DNA of 64,000 nt from a virus. The notes below the pieces were generated by a model. That model ran no database searches. It worked only from the letters and a program-made list of their open reading frames with translations, and was not told where the DNA came from. A program made the position numbers and the translations under genes. Of the stretch, positions 35,812 to 44,623 are shown piece by piece. Numbering within the stretch: the stretch's first letter is position 1; each line of letters begins with the position of its first letter. The DNA lies in the IMG/VR virus record IMGVR_UViG_3300027976_000006, positions 1-64,000 of that record. One strand, 5' to 3'.

Positions 35812-36114
35812 ATGGCTAAACTTAAAGAAGAAGAAAAGTTGTTTAATCGCGTTAAACGATTTGCTTCAGCGTACGAAGATACGCATGTGTTCACTGCCGC
35901 TCAGTGGGCTATTAAAGAAGAAGAAAATTTATTTGGCGAGGTGGTGTTAGTCGCTGAAGGAGAGCTGTATCATTTGCTTAATGTAACTAACTCCCGCACG
36001 GCTGTCCGCAATAAAATGCGGAAAAAATTGAATAAGATACTTGAAAAATATGACTATTATGTGGAACAAGGTTTTCACTGGTCTTGGCATTTTTGTAAAA
36101 AGCAAGGAGTTTGA
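35812..36114 (+). CDS. Hypothetical protein
   Basis: AAGGA RBS. Confidence 0.7.
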   Translation: MAKLKEEEKLFNRVKRFASAYEDTHVFTAAQWAIKEEENLFGEVVLVAEGELYHLLNVTNSRTAVRNKMRKKLNKILEKYDYYVEQGFHWSWHFCKKQGV

Positions 36115-36115
36115 T

Positions 36116-36799
36116 ATGCGTGATTTTAAAAGTCTGAATTATTTGACAATGCCGGTCGATGCGGGTCAGATCGTGGTGGTGGCGTATGCAATCGATGCCA
36201 CATATTTGTATCGTCGATCATGCGATCAGAGCGACAATACCGCTAGCTACAGCCGTGCAACTTTAGATTTGGAGTCTAATGGGAATTTTGAGCCACAGAA
36301 CAATTCGCTACCCATAATTGGAGATTGGGAGGAGTATGTCACCAGATTTCACCTGAGTGACGATGGCAGCTCTGAGGAAATTGAGTCCGACGATATGGAC
36401 TCGGCAAAAGAAGAGGCCGAAGAACTGTGGAAGGGTGGCGATTGGGATGAAAAATGCCGCATATCGGTGCGGATACAGGAGATAGATTGGGACGATAACG
36501 ACGTTGGTGACCCAGAGTGGATTGCGGTCGAGTGCGGAGAGGACCCTGCATCACCAGACTGTGACGAGGACGACCACGAGTGGGAGACACCTCATGCGGT
36601 GGTAGGCGGCCTAGACTCAAATCCTGGATGTTGGTCTACCGGTGGCACTAGCATGAAATTTAAGTCAGTTTGCAAACATTGTGGAATTTACAGAATCGAA
36701 CACCATACCGGCGCACAGTACAATCCAGGTGAAGTGGATACGGTCGAGTATGAGGACGCTGACGAAGATTCGTTGAAATTTGTTGAGGAAAATAAGTAA
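36116..36799 (+). CDS. Acidic hypothetical protein with C..H.W...CKHCG Zn motif
   Basis: AAGGAG RBS before ATG 36116. Confidence 0.7.
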   Translation: MRDFKSLNYLTMPVDAGQIVVVAYAIDATYLYRRSCDQSDNTASYSRATLDLESNGNFEPQNNSLPIIGDWEEYVTRFHLSDDGSSEEIESDDMDSAKEEAEELWKGGDWDEKCRISVRIQEIDWDDNDVGDPEWIAVECGEDPASPDCDEDDHEWETPHAVVGGLDSNPGCWSTGGTSMKFKSVCKHCGIYRIEHHTGAQYNPGEVDTVEYEDADEDSLKFVEENK

Positions 36800-36866
36800 T
36801 GGTTTAGTTTTTCCCGCAGGGTGTTCCTGCGGGCGTTCAGTAGAAATAAGTTAAGGAGATAAGAAA

Positions 36867-37091
36867 ATGGCTATAAATATTCAACTTTTTGAACCACCTC
36901 AACCAACCAACCCAGCGGTTCCAGCAGTGGTGGTTGAGACTAGGGAGGGTCGGTTTTTGGTCTCATCGCCTGGAGGGTGGGAGGCGAAGGTTCCTTACGC
37001 CGGCGCAGTTCGAAGAGATTCTAGTGGATCGTGTTTGCGTGGGCTCGCCTGGGCGTTGTCGGTGCCAGGCAGTAAAGATGCCTACGGATGA
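36867..37091 (+). CDS. Hypothetical protein
   Basis: AAGGAG RBS. Confidence 0.6.
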   Translation: MAINIQLFEPPQPTNPAVPAVVVETREGRFLVSSPGGWEAKVPYAGAVRRDSSGSCLRGLAWALSVPGSKDAYG

Positions 37092-37133
37092 AGAAGTAAC
37101 AAATCTTATTACTAAAATCAAAGGAAGATTAAA

Positions 37134-37388
37134 ATGAAGTATTTTATCGCGGAGATCAAAGAACGAAACGGAGAACTGGAGTATGACACAGATTATTTGT
37201 TTCAAACGGAGGGTGACCCAATTATCTACTCCGACACGGTGGCAAGGGGTTGGAGGGGCGACGATGAAGACAAAGACAAAGCCGCTGGAGGGTATTGGTG
37301 TGATGGAACATTAATCTTTGACAAGGGAAGGCAGGAAATACCAAAAGAAGATTTTGATATCTTAAAAAAGTATCTAGTTGTTTTGTAA
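37134..37388 (+). CDS. Hypothetical protein
   Basis: AAGGA RBS. Confidence 0.65.
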   Translation: MKYFIAEIKERNGELEYDTDYLFQTEGDPIIYSDTVARGWRGDDEDKDKAAGGYWCDGTLIFDKGRQEIPKEDFDILKKYLVVL

Positions 37389-37407
37389 ATTACAGCAACG
37401 ATAATTT

Positions 37408-37812
37408 ATGTCAAAGATGAAAGTTAAAATGAAAGTTAAAATGAACAAACAATTAGATGAAAATTTTTTTAATCTTAATTACATATCTTTGTTGTACAAC
37501 GATAAATTAATAAACAATCGGCTGGGTTACCACACGGAGCTGGCCGGCCTCTTAAAAATTTGGAATGAAGAATTAAAACAATTCTGCAAACACGTAGCTG
37601 CAAATAAATTTCCAGTTGGTTATGCAATTTTTGTTCCTGATTTTTTCGGCATAAACTTCGGTAAAAATCAAATAAGACAGCAAAAGGAGATAGATTTTCT
37701 TTACCGAAGCGTGCTTGCTGTTCGTAAAGTTTTAGCGTTTCAAGCACAACAAAACCAAGTAAGATCTATTTTAATTTATAAACCTTACCCTGGTACACTG
37801 TTTATCTGGTAA
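37408..37812 (+). CDS. Hypothetical protein
   Basis: ORF; start uncertain. Confidence 0.55.
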   Translation: MSKMKVKMKVKMNKQLDENFFNLNYISLLYNDKLINNRLGYHTELAGLLKIWNEELKQFCKHVAANKFPVGYAIFVPDFFGINFGKNQIRQQKEIDFLYRSVLAVRKVLAFQAQQNQVRSILIYKPYPGTLFIW

Positions 37813-37829
37813 CAAGAGAAAGGCTTATT

Positions 37830-38633
37830 GTGGTCAAGCAAATAAATAAGTTAAAAGGCACGGTGCAGCACAAGCTTCGATTTAAAGACGAAAACACCTC
37901 GTTGTTACTTTTGCGACATTGTGTTTTGCAAGCATTGGGTATGTCGCAAGGTTCTGATGTATTCCGCGTACAGATATTGCAACAAAAGCTTAGATATCAG
38001 TATTATCGTGCAATAAGCAAAGACGAGGCTAAGCGGTATGCCCATACTTACAGCTTAAACTGTTGCCCTGTTGGGTTTTCTGTGAAGCCAAAGACACGAT
38101 TTTGTAACAATCCAAAAGTGTGTCCTTGGTGCTTTGTGCGCTGCTGGCTGTATCCTACCTATTCGGCTTTATCTGTCGTTCCAAAGGCCGTTCGCCAAAC
38201 TTTCAAAGTTATCGTTTGGCAACGAGTAGTAAATTTCAATTTACAAGAATTACCTTTTTTTCGTGCAAATAAAGGTCCGCATCAGTGGTGTTCTGCTTTG
38301 GCTACTGTTCAGCTGTGTGTGCCGTTTGTGTCGGCGGAGAACAATGACTTACAGCTAAAACATATCGGGCTTCAGCTTGTACCTGCCGACTGTGACTTTG
38401 TTAAACAACTTTCGCGCCGTGCTGTTTTTCCTGGCTTAAGTTTTGCAAGCTTTGACCGAGGTACCAACACAAACATTATGCGGGCGATGGCTACGGTTTT
38501 GCGACTTCCGTGGGCAAATTTATTCGCGCTTAACAATTTGCAAAATTTTCAATTGCTGTTAAACGGGGTTCAAAAAACTCGTTTATTGCGGATTACTAAC
38601 TACAAACAACAACAGACAACAAGGAGATATTGA
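37830..38633 (+). CDS. Basic hypothetical protein with C..C....CPWC Zn motif
   Basis: NCCP...RFCNNPKVCPWC. Confidence 0.65.
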   Translation: MVKQINKLKGTVQHKLRFKDENTSLLLLRHCVLQALGMSQGSDVFRVQILQQKLRYQYYRAISKDEAKRYAHTYSLNCCPVGFSVKPKTRFCNNPKVCPWCFVRCWLYPTYSALSVVPKAVRQTFKVIVWQRVVNFNLQELPFFRANKGPHQWCSALATVQLCVPFVSAENNDLQLKHIGLQLVPADCDFVKQLSRRAVFPGLSFASFDRGTNTNIMRAMATVLRLPWANLFALNNLQNFQLLLNGVQKTRLLRITNYKQQQTTRRY

Positions 38634-39169
38634 TGGAAATCGATTCACCGCCGTACCCGAAAAATAATAGCTCTCCTAGCGACTTGTTTAACAGTCTAGT
38701 AGAGTTATATCAATGGGTAGCAACACAGTTTGAGTGGGTAAACACGGAGGCAGCCCGACTGGGGGCTCCTTCTGCCCCTTTCATTAAAAGCTTGGGGGTT
38801 GAGCCGTTACCTAACAAAAATTCGATTAATCGGTTTACTCGGTTAGCCGTTCCGGATATGTTTATGTCTTGGCAAGCTTTAAGGCGTATCCGTGAAAAGC
38901 ATGATTCGATTATTCGTAACTACGAGAATGCAGAAGATTGGAATTCGGATGGGTGCATTTTTCACCGGATTTCACTTGTTAGATCGGCTATAACGCTACT
39001 CTCGATATCGTTTCTGGACTTCGAAAGGCGAGAAGCAAAGGGGATGGACGCGGCTAGGAAAACGCGTAAAGAATTTTTTAAGTATACTAAAGGAGCATTC
39101 TACGAGTTGAACGGAGGAGAAGAAGATGAAGAAGTTGATTTCGACGCTTTCCCCGCCGAGGAAGCTTAG
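38630..39169 (+). CDS. Hypothetical protein
   Basis: AAGGAG RBS. Confidence 0.7.
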   Translation: MMEIDSPPYPKNNSSPSDLFNSLVELYQWVATQFEWVNTEAARLGAPSAPFIKSLGVEPLPNKNSINRFTRLAVPDMFMSWQALRRIREKHDSIIRNYENAEDWNSDGCIFHRISLVRSAITLLSISFLDFERREAKGMDAARKTRKEFFKYTKGAFYELNGGEEDEEVDFDAFPAEEA

Positions 39170-39449
39170 GCCAAGCATCTGTAGGATACACGTGGCTAGA
39201 GCAGATTTGCGGGATAACATAAAGAACAATACGGACAATCCTGTAATTGGGGTGCATAGGCGGGGACGCAACTTGCGAGGCAACTCGGTAATTATTTACG
39301 ACAAGCTCGGAAACGAAGTAGCTAGGATTGTGCAAAGCATGCACAAGCCTTTGAAATGCGGAGCTCGTGTGTGGATTGAAACATATGGAACTGTAATGAT
39401 AGCTTATAATGAGGGCGAAACAGTAAGGTCAGAAGTGCTGGAAAGCTGA
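39126..39449 (+). CDS. Small phage protein (IHV...PVI.V...KPL.CGARVWIET)
   Basis: Motif recalled from many phage hypothetical proteins. Confidence 0.65.
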   Translation: MKKLISTLSPPRKLRPSICRIHVARADLRDNIKNNTDNPVIGVHRRGRNLRGNSVIIYDKLGNEVARIVQSMHKPLKCGARVWIETYGTVMIAYNEGETVRSEVLES

Positions 39450-39811
39450 CTAATGTGGTTCATCTTGCAATCGCTAAACTCGGGCTGCCCGGCTAGCAAA
39501 GTAATTTCATTTTTAATGGAAACTCTGACGCAGTTTAAATTCCGTATTTGAACAGCTCGTTTTCCAATCTCGGCTAACCCGAGTTCGTTGTCTAGGCCTT
39601 TGCGTATGTCGTGTTCTGCGTCCCATATTTGTCCGTTGATGTCCAGTAAATCCGATACCAATTTGCAAAGATTGGGTAAGGTGTAGTCAACTCCGCTCTC
39701 GTAATGTGTGATTTGTTTTTGCAACAAATCTTTGTTTAATTCGCCAAGGGGCAGTCGTTGCATTTTTAATTTTGCAATGGTAAGTCGATCGCACACTTCG
39801 CAGACTGGCAT
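39404..39811 (-). CDS. DUF6165/DUF4254-like helical protein
   Basis: DRLTI..LK..R, N..IWD.E..IR, N..R..IKNEI. Confidence 0.65.
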   Translation of the reverse strand: MPVCEVCDRLTIAKLKMQRLPLGELNKDLLQKQITHYESGVDYTLPNLCKLVSDLLDINGQIWDAEHDIRKGLDNELGLAEIGKRAVQIRNLNCVRVSIKNEITLLAGQPEFSDCKMNHISQLSSTSDLTVSPSL

Positions 39812-39855
39812 AGAAACTAGTTGTGTATTATTTTTAAACATAAAAGGAGTATCCT

Positions 39856-40968
39856 GTGAAAATATTAGTGTCAAGTGATTTACATCTGAGTAATCGTATT
39901 TGGAATCATCGTACCATCGAAGGTGACAGTTACTGGTCTTGGAAACAGATTGTGTCTCAGGCCATTAAACATAAGGTAGAAGCCGTAATATTGGCTGGAG
40001 ATATACTAGACAAACAAGTAAATTCGTCTGAGCCAATACAGCACCTTTTAGCAGGAGTAAGCGAATTAGCCAAAAACAATATACCTGTGTATTATACGCA
40101 AGGGCAGCACGAGTTTCAAGAAACTCCTTGGTTAAAGGCTGCCGCTGGAGCCGTTTGGTTACACGAGCAAACGGTGCAGTTTCGTAATTGGCAAATTGCG
40201 GGTTGTGACTACCAGAACAACGCAGAAAAATTGTTGCAATTTTTAAAAAGCGAAAAAGCATTTACTTCTCAAATACTCGTGTGTCATCAAGTGTGGGAAG
40301 ACTTCATGGGGGAGCTGGCTAAACCACAAGGGTGTTTTGGGGATATTCCATTTAATGTGAAGTATCTTATCACTGGTGATTACCACAAAAATCTTATACA
40401 CAAGCACGGTAATCTAACCGTATTAAGCCCCGGCAGCACACATATGCGCAACATTACAGAACCGGAGGATAAAGCAATTTTTTTAATTGAAGACGATCCC
40501 CTTGCTTTTGAACACCAATTAACAATAAAAACTTTGCCCTTGTTAACCAGAAGAAAAATAGTTGTATCCACAATTGATTGTTTTCACAAATGGGATGTCG
40601 TAAAAAGTGCAACAGCTGCTTTGATGAGGAAAGCTGCTGAATATGCGACAGCAGCTAACTTACCTGCTGAATTAATTATGCCTTTAATTTATCTAGTATA
40701 CACACCGGCTGACACGGAGCTAGTGGATAGGTTTAAACAAACTTTTGAACAAAAAGGGCATTTGTTTTTTAAGCAAATAGAATCGAAACAAGCAGAAGAT
40801 CAAGCACAAGAACAAATTCTTGCTACGGACCGCATAAGTATGCTGCAGTGCGTAGACAACTATGTAAACAAAGCGGAACAACCGTTAGTTTACGACTTGA
40901 TTGTAACTTTGTTGCAAAGTCCAGATTCTAACCAAGCATTGAAGTTATGGGTTAATTCTAACATTTAA
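39856..40968 (+). CDS. sbcD: SbcD/Mre11-like metallophosphoesterase nuclease
   Basis: SDLH, AGDILD, GQHE, CHQ, GDYH, PGS. Confidence 0.9.
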   Translation: MKILVSSDLHLSNRIWNHRTIEGDSYWSWKQIVSQAIKHKVEAVILAGDILDKQVNSSEPIQHLLAGVSELAKNNIPVYYTQGQHEFQETPWLKAAAGAVWLHEQTVQFRNWQIAGCDYQNNAEKLLQFLKSEKAFTSQILVCHQVWEDFMGELAKPQGCFGDIPFNVKYLITGDYHKNLIHKHGNLTVLSPGSTHMRNITEPEDKAIFLIEDDPLAFEHQLTIKTLPLLTRRKIVVSTIDCFHKWDVVKSATAALMRKAAEYATAANLPAELIMPLIYLVYTPADTELVDRFKQTFEQKGHLFFKQIESKQAEDQAQEQILATDRISMLQCVDNYVNKAEQPLVYDLIVTLLQSPDSNQALKLWVNSNI

Positions 40969-40978
40969 GGAGTTACAC

Positions 40979-43108
40979 GTGTACATAGAACAAGTGGAGT
41001 TAAAAAACATTGGGCCTCACCTCAGTTTAACGGTTAAGTTTGATTGTGGCTTAGTGGGTATCGTTGGAGCCAACGGGGCTGGTAAATCTACATTAGTTAA
41101 TGCAATTTACGCTGCACTAACTAACGACTTTAGCCGGCTTGGAAGTGTTAAGACTGACATTATTACGAACGGGGTTAAAGGAGAAAGCTACATACGCGTA
41201 GAGGGAAAACATCAAAATCAATCTTTTGTTATAACTAGGTGGCTTCATCCCAATAAGAATGAGTTTAAAATCGGGAAAGCCGTATTTGAAAAAACAACAG
41301 ATGTTAATGAAGCGGTAATGACTTACCTGAATATTAGCAAAACTGTAATTGATAAGTATGTATTCGTAGCACAATGGGAAATGTTTAATTTTCTAGACCA
41401 AACGGCGAGCGAGCGGGCAAAGACCTTTCAGTACTTGTGTGGTACGGAGTCAGCTTCTAGCCTGCACAAAACCTGTTTAGACTATGTGACGAAGCAGCAA
41501 GGAATTGAGGTAATAGACAACCGCAACGAACTGGAAGAGTCATTAAACGAAGCCCAAGTGGCCATAGCACGGCATCGCGCAACAGGGCAAGCAGCTAAAG
41601 TGCATATAATGGCAGAAGAAAAGTTAGAAGCGGGAAAAAAGTTGTTAGCGAGTTACGGGTTAGGCAAAGAAGCTCAAACCCAATTGGTTAAGACTATTAT
41701 AAAAATTGAGGCATTGGAAAACTGTTTAGCTCGGTTTCAAAAAAGTCAATCTAAAGTTAAATTTGTCCGGCGCAAAGACTGGCAAGCCAAATTTAAAGGC
41801 AGGGTAATTGCTGCCCAGCAATTGTTAACTAGATTTGAAGATCATAGACTTGCACACATAGAATTTTTAGAAAAAGCTAAAGAGTACAAAGTCTATGCGC
41901 ATGGAGTTGAAATCCTACAAAGGCGTAAACCGTTAGCTCCCCCGCATTATGTTGGTTTAGAAGAACAAAAACTTCTTACTAAACAGCGGCATGGACTTGA
42001 GTTTCAATTAAAACAAATTGTAAGTTTGGATTCGCATGAACGCTATTGCACGCAGTGTCACCAAGCGATACCGGAAGAACACATCGCAAACATTAAAGCT
42101 AGTAATGAAAAAAGAAAAAGCGATCTTGCTCACGTTGTGCACATTTTAGACATTTGTGAATCGCACGATACCCGCATGTCTGAGTATTTAGTCGGGATGA
42201 AAGCATGCGAGAATATTTGTGCTAGGGTGCAAAATGAATTAACTGTTGCAAAAGAAACGATGGATTTGATTGTTGCAGATTTAAAAGGATTTAATGCAGA
42301 ACACAAAGACGAGGCAACAAGATTAAGAGCTAAGAATTCTATTGTAGAACAGCAATTAGTTCATTACGGTGCAGAGGTCAATAAAGAAGAACAACGCATT
42401 CTAGGCCTACAGGGTGAGCTTAAAAGCAACTTAGAGCAGCAAGTTGTGTTACAACAACAAGTAAATAGGATGCCGAGTGTTACGAAAGTAGCAGGTATGA
42501 CTGCAGAATTAGGTAAACACGAAGAATCTTTGCTTGTATGGCAGCAAGCATTAGGTGGTCATCAAGAAGCCAAACGGTCTAAGTTCCGCATTTTAGCGAA
42601 TTTAGAGCAGCTTACAGCTAGGCTAGCAGCGCACGAAAAAACTCGTAAATTGTTAGACATTGTTAGTACAGCCGGTGATGTGTTTCATTGGAACAACTTA
42701 CCTAAAATGGTTTCTCAGGCTAACCTTCAACTTTTAGTTGGAGACATTAATTCTAATCTGCAGTTGTTTAGCAACCCGTTTTTTGTGGAAGCGGATGAAG
42801 ATTTAACCTTTAAAGTTTTCTTCGCAGGGCAAGAAGCAGTTAAAGCGAAGCAGCTTAGTGGCGGGCAAAAAGTTATTCTTTCTATAGCTTTTCGTGCTGC
42901 TTTAGACCGAGTTTTTGGGCATAATATTGGTATGATGTTCTTAGATGAACCGACTTCGGGCCTAGATTCGGACAACGTGAGTTTCTTTAAAGAAGCATTA
43001 CAGCGCTTAACACAGAAAGTCGGAAAAGAACATCAGCTGATTGTAATTACGCACGTTCAAGAACTAGGAAAAGTTTTTGACCAGTTGATCGAGATAAAAA
43101 AAGGATAA
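40979..43108 (+). CDS. sbcC: SbcC/Rad50-like SMC ATPase
   Basis: GANGAGKS, Q-loop, CTQC Zn hook, LSGGQ signature, LDEPT, ITH. Confidence 0.92.
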   Translation: MYIEQVELKNIGPHLSLTVKFDCGLVGIVGANGAGKSTLVNAIYAALTNDFSRLGSVKTDIITNGVKGESYIRVEGKHQNQSFVITRWLHPNKNEFKIGKAVFEKTTDVNEAVMTYLNISKTVIDKYVFVAQWEMFNFLDQTASERAKTFQYLCGTESASSLHKTCLDYVTKQQGIEVIDNRNELEESLNEAQVAIARHRATGQAAKVHIMAEEKLEAGKKLLASYGLGKEAQTQLVKTIIKIEALENCLARFQKSQSKVKFVRRKDWQAKFKGRVIAAQQLLTRFEDHRLAHIEFLEKAKEYKVYAHGVEILQRRKPLAPPHYVGLEEQKLLTKQRHGLEFQLKQIVSLDSHERYCTQCHQAIPEEHIANIKASNEKRKSDLAHVVHILDICESHDTRMSEYLVGMKACENICARVQNELTVAKETMDLIVADLKGFNAEHKDEATRLRAKNSIVEQQLVHYGAEVNKEEQRILGLQGELKSNLEQQVVLQQQVNRMPSVTKVAGMTAELGKHEESLLVWQQALGGHQEAKRSKFRILANLEQLTARLAAHEKTRKLLDIVSTAGDVFHWNNLPKMVSQANLQLLVGDINSNLQLFSNPFFVEADEDLTFKVFFAGQEAVKAKQLSGGQKVILSIAFRAALDRVFGHNIGMMFLDEPTSGLDSDNVSFFKEALQRLTQKVGKEHQLIVITHVQELGKVFDQLIEIKKG

Positions 43109-43111
43109 GTT

Positions 43112-43999
43112 TTGTTACAGCAATTTAATACTTGTTTTCATGTGGATTGTGATGGAACTACTTGGGTTACTACTCCAGAAGGTATACCTACGCAAGTGCT
43201 TGATACATATCGGCCTAGTAACTTAGTGGCTACTATTTATCGTGTTGTAGGTATACCTCGTAATTACAAACTTATTATTTCTTTATATTTGTCTTTAGTT
43301 AACAAAGAAATAAAAGGTAGTTTGCTGGTAGGGCATCCTCGAATATGCCATCGGTATCAAGACTCAAGTTTACAATTGTTAAATTGCATTTCTGTAATTA
43401 ATCCGCACGACAATTTACCCCATACTTGGCACAGCGTAGACAGTACAAGTTATCGTAATTTTTTGTTACTGCAGCTTAAGCAAGATCCGCTTTGCGACTC
43501 ATCTGCAAAATTGCGGGATAGGTTACAACACTGTTATTTTCTTCATATTACTTACCCATTTTGGCGGTTTTTAAAAATAGACACTTGTGTTGATTTAGTA
43601 TTAGGAATAATTTCTGCAATAGCTGACCCTCGTTGGTACTTTAATGTAGATCATCCGAACAGATTAACACGGCTAGACGATTATTTCGGTTTATTGGTTT
43701 TTGCAAAGTTTTGGAATTTGTACGAAAGAAAAGAAATAAAAAAATTCAGCAAGGAAGAAAGTCGAACATATTTATTAGCGGAAGCAATAAAAGCACTACC
43801 TTCCGATAGCCCAATTTTGTTGGATTTAACTTGTGATAGAGCCAATATGCAAGACATGCGGCGTGCTTGTCGAATGCTACTACACTTTATTGTTCGCAAC
43901 TGGTTGGCGGGCAGTAGGCAGCACGCTGAGTTTGACCCGCATATGTTTTTTCAAAACAAGGCAGTTAAAGATAGTTTTTTAAAGCAATTTGGAGAATAG
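43112..43999 (+). CDS. Hypothetical protein with an IS110-transposase/Nop-like motif
   Basis: IISAIADPRWY...RLTRLDDYFGL resembles the IS110 Transposase_20 pattern (AEIGD..RF....L.AY.GL); no DEDD RuvC motif is evident. Confidence 0.45.
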   Translation: MLQQFNTCFHVDCDGTTWVTTPEGIPTQVLDTYRPSNLVATIYRVVGIPRNYKLIISLYLSLVNKEIKGSLLVGHPRICHRYQDSSLQLLNCISVINPHDNLPHTWHSVDSTSYRNFLLLQLKQDPLCDSSAKLRDRLQHCYFLHITYPFWRFLKIDTCVDLVLGIISAIADPRWYFNVDHPNRLTRLDDYFGLLVFAKFWNLYERKEIKKFSKEESRTYLLAEAIKALPSDSPILLDLTCDRANMQDMRRACRMLLHFIVRNWLAGSRQHAEFDPHMFFQNKAVKDSFLKQFGE

Positions 44000-44001
44000 T
44001 T

Positions 44002-44499
44002 ATGCGCGAATTGTCTGTTCGTATCAGGTTTACAACCCCGAGTTTAGGTAATGAAAAAGAAAAAGAAACAGGTCGTTTTCAGTTTCAAAGAAGCCACGGA
44101 AAAGACGGTAAAATTTTATTTTTAGCTACCTGGCATCATTCTAATATGAAGTTGGCCGCAGAAATGCTAGGGAGGCATCAAGAATTAGTTAAACAGATTT
44201 GTTGGGACATAGGGCTTGATGCTGAGATTCGAGATAAATGTTTAACTCGTTGTTTTTACCAGAAATCTGTAAATGGGCGGGAGCGCTGGTCGTTGCATGA
44301 ATCAATTATGGCCAACCAGACGGTTGTGATTAACTGTGTAGTGCCCTCTGCAATTGACGAACAAGATTTTTGGACGTTGATGCAAATTGCGGGTAAGTAT
44401 AAAGGTTTGTCTCCGTGGCAGCCGGGCAAATACGGGCACTATGAGGTTGTAAGCATACAGCAACGAAGGCATACTCAAACAAACATTTTAGACGATTAA
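44002..44499 (+). CDS. Stand-alone RAMP (Cas7/Csm3-like RRM fold) protein
   Basis: Beta1 VRIRFTTPSLG, F.R..DGKI.F.ATW..MK.AA, thumb ..HESI, and C-terminal G-rich loop AGKYKGLSPWQPGKYGHYEV. Confidence 0.6.
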   Translation: MRELSVRIRFTTPSLGNEKEKETGRFQFQRSHGKDGKILFLATWHHSNMKLAAEMLGRHQELVKQICWDIGLDAEIRDKCLTRCFYQKSVNGRERWSLHESIMANQTVVINCVVPSAIDEQDFWTLMQIAGKYKGLSPWQPGKYGHYEVVSIQQRRHTQTNILDD

Positions 44500-44500
44500 T

Positions 44501-44572
44501 AAAACCACCGGCTAGGTGCGGAATTCCAGCCGGTGGCGACGTGTAGCGGGTGCGATTGCTTCGCCAACCCAC
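44501..44572 (-). ncRNA. Candidate ~70-nt small RNA convergent with the RAMP-like gene
   Basis: Minus strand: TTGCAT-16 bp-TAGAAT promoter (44606-44579); hairpin GUGGGU..GCGA/UCGC.ACCCGC; terminator CCACCGGCU/AGCCGGUGG plus UUUU. Confidence 0.55.
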
Positions 44573-44623
44573 AGTCGCATTCTACTTAATCAATACATAA
44601 ATGCAACACAATAAGGAGTTAAT

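Noticed and set aside
37830-38633. Rolling-circle Rep or IS91-type transposase
   Set aside because: Only a Cys cluster resembles these proteins; no convincing HUH and catalytic Tyr motifs were found.
43112-44623. TIGR-type or short-period guide array next to the Nop-like/RAMP-like genes; active IS110 element
   Set aside because: No tandem periodic repeats are visible in the flanks. No catalytic DEDD motif or element boundaries are evident, and the gene is tightly embedded in the operon.
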